A stretch of 63,623 nt of DNA, the filler included, from Octopus bimaculoides (Eukaryota): NCBI RefSeq assembly GCF_001194135.2. It is 7 parts of 7 records of this genome, joined end to end, with 100 filler letters (N's around TTAATTAATTAA, not from the genome) between each part and the next. Parts side by side here need not be neighbours in the genome. Positions count along the whole stretch, not along the records: positions 46,320 to 54,462 come from NC_068996.1; positions 54,563 to 59,179 come from NC_068993.1; positions 59,280 to 62,477 come from NC_068981.1; positions 62,578 to 63,623 come from NW_026311358.1; 3 more parts are not named here. The stretch is one strand, 5' to 3'. Made by a program: the position numbers and the translations under genes. Each line of letters begins with the position of its first letter. Within the stretch, counting starts at the first letter, position 1. This document shows positions 51,904 to 63,623 of this stretch, in pieces. The notes below the pieces were generated by a model that saw only the letters and a list, made by a program, of their open reading frames with translations, was not told the DNA's origin and did no database searches.

Positions 51904-52608
51904 NNNNNNNNNNNNNNNNNNNNNNNNNNNNNNNNNNNNNNNNNNNNNNNNNNNNNNNNNNNNNNNNNNNNNNNNNNNNNNNNNNNNNNNNNNNNNNNNN
52001 NNNNNNNNNNNNNNNNNNNNNNNNNNNNNNNNNNNNNNNNNNNNNNNNNNNNNNNNNNNNNNNNNNNNNNNNNNNNNNNNNNNNNNNNNNNNNNNNNNNN
52101 NNNNNNNNNNNNNNNNNNNNNNNNNNNNNNNNNNNNNNNNNNNNNNNNNNNNNNNNNNNNNNNNNNNNNNNNNNNNNNNNNNNNTATATATATATATATA
52201 TATATATTAAACAGGAAGAGAGAGAGAAAGGAGAGGCAGGAGCGCAGTAAAAGAGTAGGACCGAGAGGTGTAAGTAGATAGGATCGAACAGATGGAGGGA
52301 CATGGGAAAAGTAGAAAATAATGAATGCTCAGATATAGATGAAATGTATGCATGTAAATATGTGTGCGCGCGTGTATATATATATGTGTATATGTATGTA
52401 TGTATGTATGTATATGTATATCTATGCATATATATGTATATATACAGAAACATATACATGTATATAGGTGTGTGTGTATAAGTTTGTCTGTATGTATACG
52501 CATATTATGCAAATACGTATGTATGCAGATATATATATATACTACTATAGCCTCAGGTTGACCAAAGCCTTGTGAGTGGATTTAGTAGATGGAAACTGAA
52601 AGAATCCC

Positions 52609-52723
<115 letters not shown>

Positions 52724-54420
52724 TGTGTGTGTGTTTGTATGTCCGTCTTTGTCCCCCCCACCGTCGCTTGACAACTGATGCTGGTGTGTTTACATCACTG
52801 TAACTTAGCAGTGCAGCAAAGGAGACTGATAGAATAAGTACTAGGTTTACGAAGAATNNNNNNNNNNGTGTGTGTGTGTGTATGTGTGTGTGTGTGTATG
52901 TGTGTGTGTGTGTATTACATGTATGTGTATAGAAATGTATATATGCATATAGGTGTGTGTGATTCTGTGTGTATGTGTGTGTACAAGAGAAAACTAAAGG
53001 CAGACGGGAAAAGGCAGAGATAAATGATATACGTATGAAGATATACGTACATACACATAGTACCGTATGTATGCATGCATATATAATTACTACGTATATG
53101 CATACATACACATTTGCATACAGATATATATACCTACAAATATACATAAACACATACAAGTATACATATATACATACTTACATACATACACATAGATATA
53201 TACATACGTACCTACGTAACTGCATAGGTACATACACATACACATAATACTGCATTTGTACATACATGTAATAGCAAAACAAATACACAAGATGAACGAA
53301 ATGAAAAAGTGTTTATTAAAAGGAGAGCAACATGGTGATAGAAGATCGGAGGCAAAAATTGCATGCACATATTCCAATACAAGTTTATGAGATGCAGAGA
53401 AGTATGGCGGACATTTGAGAGGGGAACAGAGAAACTTAACGGGAAATTAAATGGTGAGAGATAGAGACTGATGAATGTAAGAAATGGAAGGAGACGAAGG
53501 GAGAGGGAATGAGTTGGGAGAAAAATATTTGCATAGGTATATATGTGTATATATATATGTATATATATATATATANNNNNNNNNNNNNNNNNNNNNNNNN
53601 NNNNNNNNNNNNNNNNNNNNNNNNNNNNNNNNNNNNNNNNNNNNNNNNNNNNNNNNNNNNNNNNNNNNNNNNNNNCAATCGAACAATATAGGCGGGAGAG
53701 ATGAGTTTCTGATAATGTGAATGAAAGAAAGAATGAGTGTGAATGAGAAGCTGAAGGAAGAAGCAGGGTTGGAAAAAAAATCATGGCGACAGTACATTTC
53801 CTGGGATGGCTGGACAATATTCAAAGCGGCAGGTTAATTGAATGTGAATTGTGCGTGATATAGAATTGTAAGCGGACAACATATGTGTATGTATGTATGT
53901 ATTTGTGTGTGTGTGTGTGGGTGTGTGTGGGTGTGTGTGTGTGTGTGTGTGTGCGTGTGTGTGTGTGTCACGGTATCCACCAAACTGACGGATGTTTCTA
54001 TACACTGATGTAACAATGCATTTCCTTGCATTGTTTTAGTTAGCTTTCGAACGATGCCGTACCGCTGGCTAGATGGTCAGGCTGGCATTACCCGCCAAAC
54101 GGAGCTCAAGATCATCACAAGGTTAACCACATAGCGACTGAATGGAGAGGAGCAACGTCAAAAACAAAGTGCTTTGTTTGATAACAAAGAGCATTGGCTG
54201 TTTGGATATCGTGAGCGTTAGACCCTAACCACTAGGCTACACTCGCATTCATTGTGGTAAAAAGCTTGCTTCCCAACCATATAATTTCGGGTTCAGTCCC
54301 ACTGCGTGGCACCTTGGACAAGTGTCTTCTGCTGTAGCCTCATGCGACGACAGCCCCATGCATAGATCTGGCACACGGAAACTGAAAGAAGTCCGTTGCG
54401 TGTGTGTAAGTGCATACATA

Positions 54421-54462
<42 letters not shown>

Positions 54463-54562
54463 NNNNNNNNNNNNNNNNNNNNNNNNNNNNNNNNNNNNNN
54501 NNNNNNTTAATTAATTAANNNNNNNNNNNNNNNNNNNNNNNNNNNNNNNNNNNNNNNNNNNN

Positions 54563-54593
<31 letters not shown>

Positions 54594-54649
54594 ATATATA
54601 TATCTGTGAAATTTTTCCTACACACACATACACACACACATACACATAC

Positions 54650-54688
<39 letters not shown>

Positions 54689-54932
54689 CTTAGTAACATT
54701 TCACATGCACTTACATAGTCATTCATGCACATACGTATATATATAAATATGTGTAAATATAATTATATATATAATTATGTGTGTGTGTGTGTGTATGTGT
54801 GTGTGTGTGTGTGTGCGTGCGTGTGTGTGTATGTGTATGTATGTATGTGTGTATGTATACAAGGTTTCAAACATTAAACAAAAGCATGACAAACATACAT
54901 ACATACATATATACATACATACGTACAAATAA

Positions 54933-54977
<45 letters not shown>

Positions 54978-55360
54978 CAGACAGACACACAGACAGACAG
55001 ACACACAGACAGACAGACACACAGACAGACAGACACACAGACAGACAAACTGACAGACATATATGTACAAATATATATGTATGTGTGCGTACATATATAT
55101 ACATATGCATGTGTTTATACGGGGATGCTTACACAGAAACACACATATCCATATATACACAAACACACACTATCACAGACATTCGTATGATGTTTCTTTT
55201 AGCAAATATTAAAACTTTAAGCTCGAATTTTAAAACAGAAGGAGACACCCACAGCAGAGAATAAAAGCATATATAACAACAACATGAACAAGAACAATTT
55301 AAATATTTACATTAATAACAATAGCAATTTCTACAACCTTGACAATAGAGCGAGTATTAG

Positions 55361-55392
<32 letters not shown>

Positions 55393-55563
55393 CACACACA
55401 CTCACACATTCACACATATCATGCGTATATACTTCAATAAATACATACACACACACACAAACACACACACACAAACACACACACGCGCATAGTCACATAC
55501 GTACACACAGACAAACACACAGAAACGCACGCAGAGTCACACAGGCGAATGAAGGGTACTGAC

Positions 55564-55663
55564 CGAGTCTGCGAGTGAGTTTTTGTCCGTAGACTATCCA
55601 GTAAGCACAGAGCAGCGATGCCAGTAGAAGGCTGCGACACAGACTTAGAGAAAAGGGAATCAT
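55564..55663 (-). CDS. Candidate first coding exon encoding a signal peptide: MIPFSLSLCRSLLLASLLCAYWIVYG/QKLTRRL
   Basis: ATG at 55663, n/h/c tripartite signal peptide with V-x-G cleavage, phase-1 donor CTCG|GTCAGT at 55564/55563. Unique, relatively GC-rich sequence. A possible upstream acceptor CTTTTCTGACCATTAG at 55759/55758 would give a 195-nt exon. Confidence 0.62.
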
Positions 55664-55944
55664 TGAGGAATGCGATGTCGGGCCCGATGCTTTTTCTTCT
55701 TCTTCTTCTTCGTCTTCTTCCAGTGTCTTGATATCCAACACAGCATCAGGAAATCCAACTAATGGTCAGAAAAGCACGTAAACACAACCGCATGTTTTTT
55801 TGCCCTCCCAACAGACGCAATTTTTTTATTCCCCCTTAGCAGCAGTGATAGTTCGCTCTCCAGCACTCTTCTCCTCATCTGCTTTCCTTCTCTTGTTTGT
55901 GATGCTGTCCCTGCTGGTGGTGCTGCTGTGGTGTGGCGCCGATG

Positions 55945-55978
55945 TTTATATCAGTTGTGTATGTATGTGTGTGAGTCA
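55945..55978 (-). promoter_or_regulatory. Possible core promoter (TATAAA plus AP-1 site) for the minus-strand gene
   Basis: TATAAA on the minus strand at 55950-55945 and TGAGTCA at 55972-55978, about 290 bp upstream of the ATG. Short motifs only. Confidence 0.25.
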
Positions 55979-56191
55979 GTGTGCATCTTGTGTGTCAGTA
56001 ATATAAGAGGGTGTGTGAGATTATGTAGCCTTGTTTGTGTGTTTGTTTTCTCCGAGTGTATTATGTGTTTGGATGTTTGCTTATAGTCTCTATGTGTGTC
56101 TGTATGTGTGTGTGAACGTGTGGTTATTTTTATCTAACTTTATGCATTCCAGCATCGCCATTGAACGTATCTTTCTCTTTCCTTTTTCTCT

Positions 56192-56235
<44 letters not shown>

Positions 56236-56727
56236 CCTCTCTCTTTCTCTCCCTCATGCACACACAAACACACACACACACACATACACATATACTTTCT
56301 CCCTCCTTCCCTCTGTGCGTTTATAGATAGATAGATAGATAGATAGATTTATCCATCTACCTCACACGCACACACACACTCTCTTTTTCAACTTCGCTCT
56401 TTCACTTCATAAATATTTACCTATATCTCTACGAATCTTCGTGCATGTATTTATTTATTTATTTATTTATTTATATAACCATGTATCGATAGGACTCTAT
56501 ATCAATATCTCCTTTAACCAACCTTCTCTCTGTCTATCTACCCATTTATCCAACTACTACCTCTCGACTTATCGACCGAACTGTCAGCCCGAACATCTGC
56601 TTCTAAAATTCTCTCTCTGTATATCTCTCTCTCTATCCTTCTCTCTATTTCTCTATATGATTTGTTTATCAGTTGCACGCATACACACACATACACACAC
56701 ATACCCCCGTACGCGCAGGCGCGTTCT

Positions 56728-56765
<38 letters not shown>

Positions 56766-57485
56766 TGATGACAAAGAGAGTTGTAGAGAAACAGACAAAA
56801 TTACATATATATACATTTGTAAGTGCGTGTGTGAAGTACACATATATATATATATATACACACATTCTTTTATTCTTTTACTTGTTTCAGTCATTTGACT
56901 GCAGCCATGCTGGAGCACCACCTTTTGTCGAGCAAATCGACCCCAGGACTTATTCTTTGTAAGCCTGGTACTTATTCTATCAGTCTTTTGGCCGAACCGC
57001 TATGTTACGAGCACGTAAGCACATCAACATCGGTTGTCAAGCGATGGTGGGGGGACAAACACAGACACAAACATATCCATATATATATATACGACGGGCT
57101 TCTTTCAGTTTCCGTCTACCAAATCTACTCTCAAGGTTTTGATCGGCCCTAGGCTATAGTATAAGACACTTGCCCAAGGTGGGACTGAACCCAGAATCAT
57201 GTGGTTGGTAAGGAAGCTTCTTACCACACAGCTGCTCCTATATACATGTGTGTGTGTTATTTTGGATAGATGATAGATAGTGACAGGAGTGACTCAATGT
57301 CAGAGTTTCGTGTATGCCACATTTCAAACTTCTGCATGTGGGATACATGAAACTGTCGGCACATGGATCACTTTTGTAACTTTTTACTGGTTAAAAATAA
57401 AGCAGATGTAAACTCAGGAATTCAGTTTTAATTTCTCTCGCTTGATCTAAAGGATTCTAAACGCGTGGGTGGGTGTGTATGTGGT

Positions 57486-57529
<44 letters not shown>

Positions 57530-57818
57530 TGTGTGCATGCGTGCATGCATGTGTGCGTGCATGTGTGTGTGTGCGTGAGTGTGTGTGTGCATGAGTGTGT
57601 GTATCTTTGTCTTCCTGTTCATTCCTCTGGTGCTGGACAAAAGCTGTTGCTTTGTTTACGTCTCCTTAATGGAGTGGCTTGGCAAAGAGAATTTAAAACT
57701 GAGACTTCCAAGATGGTGTCACAGTATAAGCGCAGCCCACAAGCATACATGCACCCATACTCAGCGATATACATTTACCTAAATGTATGTGTGTAATAGA
57801 TAGACAGGTACAGATAAA

Positions 57819-57864
<46 letters not shown>

Positions 57865-57867
57865 TAA

Positions 57868-57902
<35 letters not shown>

Positions 57903-57926
57903 CTCTTTAACTTGTTNNNNNNNNNN

Positions 57927-57957
<31 letters not shown>

Positions 57958-58484
57958 CTCTTTAACTTGTTTCAGTCATTTGACTGCGGCCATGCTGGAG
58001 CACCGCCTTTAGTCGCACAAATCGAACCCATGACTTATTCTTTGTAAGCCTATCGGACTCTTTTGCCGAATCGCTAAGTTACGGGTGCGTAAACACACCA
58101 GCATCGGTTGTGCAACGATGTTGGGGTGGGGGGGACAAAGACAAACATATACACACATACATATATATACATATATACGACGAACTTCTTTCAGTTTCCG
58201 TCTACCAATTCTACTCACAAGTCCTTGGTTGGCCCGAGGCTATAGTAGAAGACACTTGCCCAAGGTGCCACGCAGTGGGAATGAACCCGGAACCATGTGG
58301 TTGGAAAGCAAGCTACTTACCATACAGCCACTCCTGCCCCTATATATATATATTCATGTATACATACGTTTGTGTATGTGTATGAATTCATAAATATATA
58401 AATTGACATGTATATTCATACATATACAATGCATGTATATGTGTGTGTGTGTATGTGTATACATATATACGTAGATGCAGACAC

Positions 58485-58587
<103 letters not shown>

Positions 58588-59410
58588 TACACGCACACAC
58601 ACAAAACATCGCAAAATATCTTTAAAATATTGGTTTTTACGTAGTTCAAACATTGTCTGATATAGAACTCAATAGGCTGGGAGAGAGATATTTATTATAG
58701 CAGAGTTGACTATCTACTCAGAGTTTACCACAAGTTGGGCTGTTTTCATATACAGAGCTGTCGGTTTTAAGTATAATATATGCATTTAATAGGCGCAGGC
58801 GTGGCTGTGAGGTAAGAAGGTTACTTCCTTGCCATATGTTTCCAGGTTCAGTCCCACAGCATGGCATTTTGGGCATGTTTCTTCTTGTATAGCTTTGGGC
58901 CGACGTAAGTCTTCTGGGTGGACTTGGTAGACGGAAACTGAAAGACTCTCGCCGTATATTTATCTATCTATCTATTTAGTTATCTATTTATCTATCTATC
59001 TTTCTATTTAGCTATCTGTATGCATATATGTATGTATACTTACACGCATACACATACACATACACATACAATACTTTTCTCCTTAAAGAATAAGGAAGTT
59101 TGTACTCTACCAAATGTATTGAGTTTTCCTTCAGTTTAGTGTAAAATTGTTTTTGTATAAGATAAAAACAAACATTTACNNNNNNNNNNNNNNNNNNNNN
59201 NNNNNNNNNNNNNNNNNNNNNNNTTAATTAATTAANNNNNNNNNNNNNNNNNNNNNNNNNNNNNNNNNNNNNNNNNNNNTACCAAATCCACTCACAAGGC
59301 TTTGGTCGGCCCGAGGCTATAGTAGAAAACACTTGCCCAAGGTGCCCCGCAGTGGAAATGAACCTGGAACCATATGGTTGGTAAGTAAGCTACTTACCAC
59401 ACAGCCACTC

Positions 59411-59443
<33 letters not shown>

Positions 59444-60289
59444 TGTATGTATCCATTGTATGTATGTATGCATATGTATGTATATATGTATGTATGTATG
59501 TATGTATCTATATATGAATGTGTGTGTACATACACACACACACACACAGACATACATATATATGTGTGTGTATGTATATCTTATAGCTTATAAAATGGTA
59601 ATGGGCGGGTGGACTGTTTGAAAACTAAGAGGAAAGAGGAGGAGGACTGGTATGAGTTTCTTGTAGCTATCTGACGTGGTAAAGGGATGGTTATGGATAA
59701 AAAGGAGGATGAGGCGCATTTGTATGAAGTGTGACTAAGTAAAGGGGTAGAGGGTTGATAACTTTATAATAGATACCATTCAGAAAGAAGCCTTCTTACT
59801 GTCCATGATGCACTAGCGCGCGCACGTGCTCATAATTATCTATGTTTATCAATAGTACCCCCTTCTTCCATTTCTTACTTTTTCTCTCTACTTCTCTCTC
59901 TTCTCGTTTCTAAAAGTTTACTAGAACTACATTTAGTCATAAACAGTCAGTACACTATATTAAAGTCGCAGTTTACTTCCGTGGAAAAGGCGATTGATGG
60001 TTAAGAGATGATTATAATCCTAGCCAGGACTGATTTAAGCCACCACGGGTGGTCGTCGAGCTACTCAAGAGGCTTGTTTTCCTCGAGAGAGACTACCCGG
60101 TACGAGAGTTGCCAGTATCTGCCCTCTACACACAGCAGTAAGACCCTAGAATGGTGTTGCCAGTTTAATCGCCGACGACCCGACGATGAAACACATAGCC
60201 CTGGTGGTTACAGTAGCAGATAATTCTTTTGACTGATCTGGCATACATACATACATACATATATACATATTCCGGGTAGATGGAACTCG

Positions 60290-61172
60290 TCAAAATGGGA
60301 AAGGGAAAACTCTAGCGTCAGAGCTCTGTTGTTTTGTGCCAAAACCCAAATATGGGAATGGCTTCGGGGGGGGGGGAGTAAAATCTAGAGCTGATGTCTT
60401 TAAACGCAGTCCAACATTATTTTCAACATCGTTCTGGCAATTTCTGCGACACCACTGATGCCAGACTGTACTGGTCCTTGTACTTCCTTTGGACAACATC
60501 AGTGGCGTGGTGAAGGAAAATCTGCTGCATAAGTAACTACTAACCCTACTCAGGCCTGTGCCCCAGAGTTATCACTCCAGCATTGCCTCGTTACGATGGC
60601 CCAACAAGGAAAGCAGTAATCTTCCGGTTATAAACCTGCCCTCAAACTGGTACGGATCTCGGCGTCAGAGGCCGCTTTCGAGAGAGAGAGAGCATCGTAT
60701 CACACTGGGCAACTGCTCTCAGCCTCAAGCTGGGCAAACCCCAACTTATTAGGTTCTCCAGTCCACCTGTCTCACTGAGTGCATGTAGCTTTTGAGTACA
60801 TTGAGATCGTAAATATTACATCTGGCATAACAAGATGACAAAAGAAGAATCCAGTATTCGGGTTAGGATGATGGAATGTACAGACCATGACTACCTCCTG
60901 AAGATCAACGATACAAGACAGACAGTAGAGATTAAAGAATTACTAAAATTCCAACTAGTCATCACAACACTACAACAGATACATCTTGCAGAATCAGGAA
61001 CTATATGCGAGAGAGACTATGCCTTTTTTTCTGACAAGGAAAAAGTTTAGGTGAAATTAGAGCGCATGGTGTTGGCTTTACTATAAAAGAAACTTACATC
61101 TAAGTTGGTGGAGTACAGCGAAATAGGGACCGAACGGTTTTTATCACTTTGGCTTCATGCATCCAGTGGGCC
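60290..61172 (+). mobile_element. RTE (BovB-like) LINE 5' UTR plus APE endonuclease fragment
   Basis: Frameshifted translation resembles (L)G*WNVQTM..INDTRQTVEIKELLKFQL..LQQIHLAESGTICERDYAFF.QGK..RAHGVGF..GTERFLSLWL. Truncated by a hAT-type end at 61173. Confidence 0.8.
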
Positions 61173-61700
61173 CAGGGTCGGACTGAGCCGTCGGTCAATC
61201 AGGCACTACCAGAGGGCTCGGAGCTCTGACGGGCCTGCACTTTACGTGTTAACTCTATTAAAACATATATTCACATATACAAACACACAGTTAAATGTAA
61301 ATATTTTCAATTTTTGTTTTTAGATTTAACATATAAATTTGAAATGTCTTCAAGTCTCAATAAATACAGACATAAAAATTAGTGCTCAAAAGAGAAAAGG
61401 AAAGAAAGAAGGGCTTATCAATATAGAGAAAAACATACATAAGATTGATGCATTATTTTGCAAGAGATCAATCTCTTCAATGCAAGTCAAAAATGTAGAC
61501 AACAGTTATTCAGAAGTAGAAAGCACATCCTCAGAAGTTTTAAAAACAAATTTTGATATTAATGTTGACTTTCTTGAACCAGCTCATTCAAGTAAAACTC
61601 AAAATTTTGATGAGCCACCTATTAAATCTGCAAAGCATGAAGATGAATCAGTGGCTAAGATCTCAGAAGCTAAACTTTAAAAAAAAGCAAATATTTTATA
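61173..61700 (+). mobile_element. hAT-type transposon left end and degenerate transposase N-terminus
   Basis: CAGGGTCGGACTGAG TIR-like start and KISAQKRKGKKE (SGAQKRK-like N-terminal motif) in ORF 61339-61680. No catalytic region present. Confidence 0.5.
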
Positions 61701-61736
61701 TATAAATCTGAAGTTTTACAAGAGATGTTTTGGAAG

Positions 61737-62477
61737 TGTAGTAACGCCGTGCGCATGCGTGGAATTAAACAAGCAGCTTTCCCGCTTAATTCTATCTTTT
61801 TCTCGGTCGGCCGACCATGAGCATGGACGTGTCAAGCAGTGTCTCCAACATTCCAACTCTGGAGACAGTCTCTTTACGTGTTTAGCTGTCACTCTCCATC
61901 TTTCGGACTTACACTCGACAGCTCGCTTACATCTACATAACAACGTCCCAACAACTATACTCACACACACAGAAGCTGTAACAACAAGAGCTAAAGATGT
62001 ATATATTTACNNNNNNNNNNNNNNNNNNNNNNNNNNNNNNNNNNNNNNNNNNNNNNNNNNNNNNNNNNNNNNNNNNNNNNNNNNNNNNNNNNNNNNNNNN
62101 NNNNNNNNNNNNNNNNNNNNNNNNNGGAGTTCAGTGTTCCGTTATATTTCTTAATTTTATATAGGAAAGTCAGGTATACATCTAATGATGTATAACCAAC
62201 TTTCCTATACTGGTGACCCCCGACATGATTCGAACACGCAGCCCGCTAAGTTGCAATAACCCACTTTCTATAAAGTGGTGACCCCCGACGAAACAAACGC
62301 AGCATGGACTTTGGACTACCAACTTATAACTGGTGAACCCGACTAAAGAACAAATGCGGCCATGGAGACTGAACTACTAACCAGCATCATCGTCATGACC
62401 AACACGATTCTACGATTACTACGCCACCAACATCTCCAACCATAGTCAACACGACTTACTACGTATTACCAACATCA
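61737..62477 (+). mobile_element. Probable Gypsy-type LTR retrotransposon 5' end (LTR plus tRNA-Trp primer-binding sites)
   Basis: TGTAGTAAC start and TGGTGACCCC(C)GAC at 62211 and 62276, plus TGGTGAACCCGAC at 62331, complementary to the tRNA-Trp 3' end including CCA. LTR limits are uncertain because of gaps on both sides. Confidence 0.65.
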
Positions 62478-62810
62478 NNNNNNNNNNNNNNNNNNNNNNN
62501 NNNNNNNNNNNNNNNNNNNNNTTAATTAATTAANNNNNNNNNNNNNNNNNNNNNNNNNNNNNNNNNNNNNNNNNNNNTGTATGTATGCATGTATGTATAT
62601 ATATATGTATGCATGTATGTACGTGTGTGTGTGTGCGTATGTATATATGTATATATGTGCGTACGTTTGTATGTATGCTGCTTGCATATTCATGTGTTTA
62701 TGTGTCCGTATGTGTGTTTGCATGTGTGTGTGTATCTCTGACTCATTGTGTGTGCATGTCNNNNNNNNNNGTGTGTTTGCATGTGTGTGTGTATCTCTGA
62801 CTCATTGTGT

Positions 62811-63574
62811 GTGCATGTCTGAGTGTGTATGTGTATGGGTTTTTGTTTGCAACTATGTACTGTGTCTGTATGTATGGATGTATATCTCCATATGTATGGA
62901 AGTGTGTCTCCATATGTGTCCTTGTGTGAAGTGAAGTGTGTGTGTATATATAGTCATGTGTTTCAGTCTTCAGTTGTGTGTATGTGTGTATGCGTGCTTG
63001 TCTGTTCATATAACCTATGACCCTATCCGTCTGTATGTCTATCTGTTTCCATTCATATCCATATGCCTACATACACGTGCATTTACATATACACATATAC
63101 ATACACCCACACTCACACATACATACATTTATATACATAACAGCCCACCAACTATTCTACTCTACCTGTGGGTATGGGGGGGTGTGATATCTACTACGTA
63201 TATTTCCTATTTAGTACTGGAGATGTTTCATTTCATATAAGGAAATATACATAGTAGATATCATAGCCCCTTACCCATAGGTAGAATAGAGTATTTAGTG
63301 GGCTGTCATGTAGATAGATGTATGTATGTGTGAGTATGGGTGTATGTATATGTGTATATGTATAAGCACGTGTGTGTAGGCATATGGTTATGAATGTAAA
63401 CACATTGACATACAGACGGATAGGTACATAGGTTATGTGAACAGACAAGCACATATACACACTCATTCACATATGAAGACTGAAACAAATGACCATATAT
63501 AGACACACACTTTACTTCACACAAAGACACATAGTTTCAAAAAAAAACCCATACACACTCACTCAGATATGCAC
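62811..63574. repeat. Long quasi-palindrome, core arms 62914-63210 / 63237-63532, 26-nt spacer
   Basis: Reverse-complement match along about 296 bp, extending to 62811-62858 / 63529-63574. The ORF track gives homologous peptides on opposite strands (62938-63240 +, 63233-63466 -). Confidence 0.92.
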
Positions 63575-63590
63575 ATACTTGGAGGCAGAG

Positions 63591-63623
<33 letters not shown>

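Noticed and set aside
62211-62243. Possible tRNA-Trp gene on the minus strand
   Set aside because: Only the T-arm and acceptor 3' half with encoded CCA are present, with no D- or anticodon arm; better explained as a PBS.
62700-62820. Direct repeat GTGTGTTTGCATGTGTGTGTGTATCTCTGACTCATTGTGTGTGCATGTC either side of a 10-N gap (similar case at 57880-57975)
   Set aside because: Typical unmerged contig overlap across a minimal gap.

Overview
Eukaryotic, AT-rich draft-assembly scaffold, rich in microsatellites and gaps. The SINE and LINE repertoire resembles what I recall from octopus (coleoid cephalopod) genomes; this is an inference, not a search result. Most of the window is decayed mobile DNA: a bounded hAT element (TIRs plus 8-bp TSD), a mariner, a Tigger/pogo element, an R4/Dong-like RLE LINE, RTE LINE fragments, several Penelope-like (GIY-YIG) remnants with minimal hammerhead ribozyme motifs, at least three tRNA-derived SINE families and the 5' end of a probable Gypsy LTR element with three tandem tRNA-Trp primer-binding sites. 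The best host-gene signal is on the minus strand. A signal-peptide exon (55564-55663, phase-1 donor) and a stop-containing exon (10552-10685, phase-1 acceptor) could join across about 45 kb into a 77-aa secreted, prohormone-like protein that I do not recognise. Inside that putative intron lies a very dense cluster of nuclear-receptor half-sites (35027-35166). Several local inverted duplications occur, including a ~760-bp quasi-palindrome at the right end. I found no CRISPR array, rRNA or intact tRNA gene. Most ORFs in the supplied track are microsatellite or N-gap artefacts.
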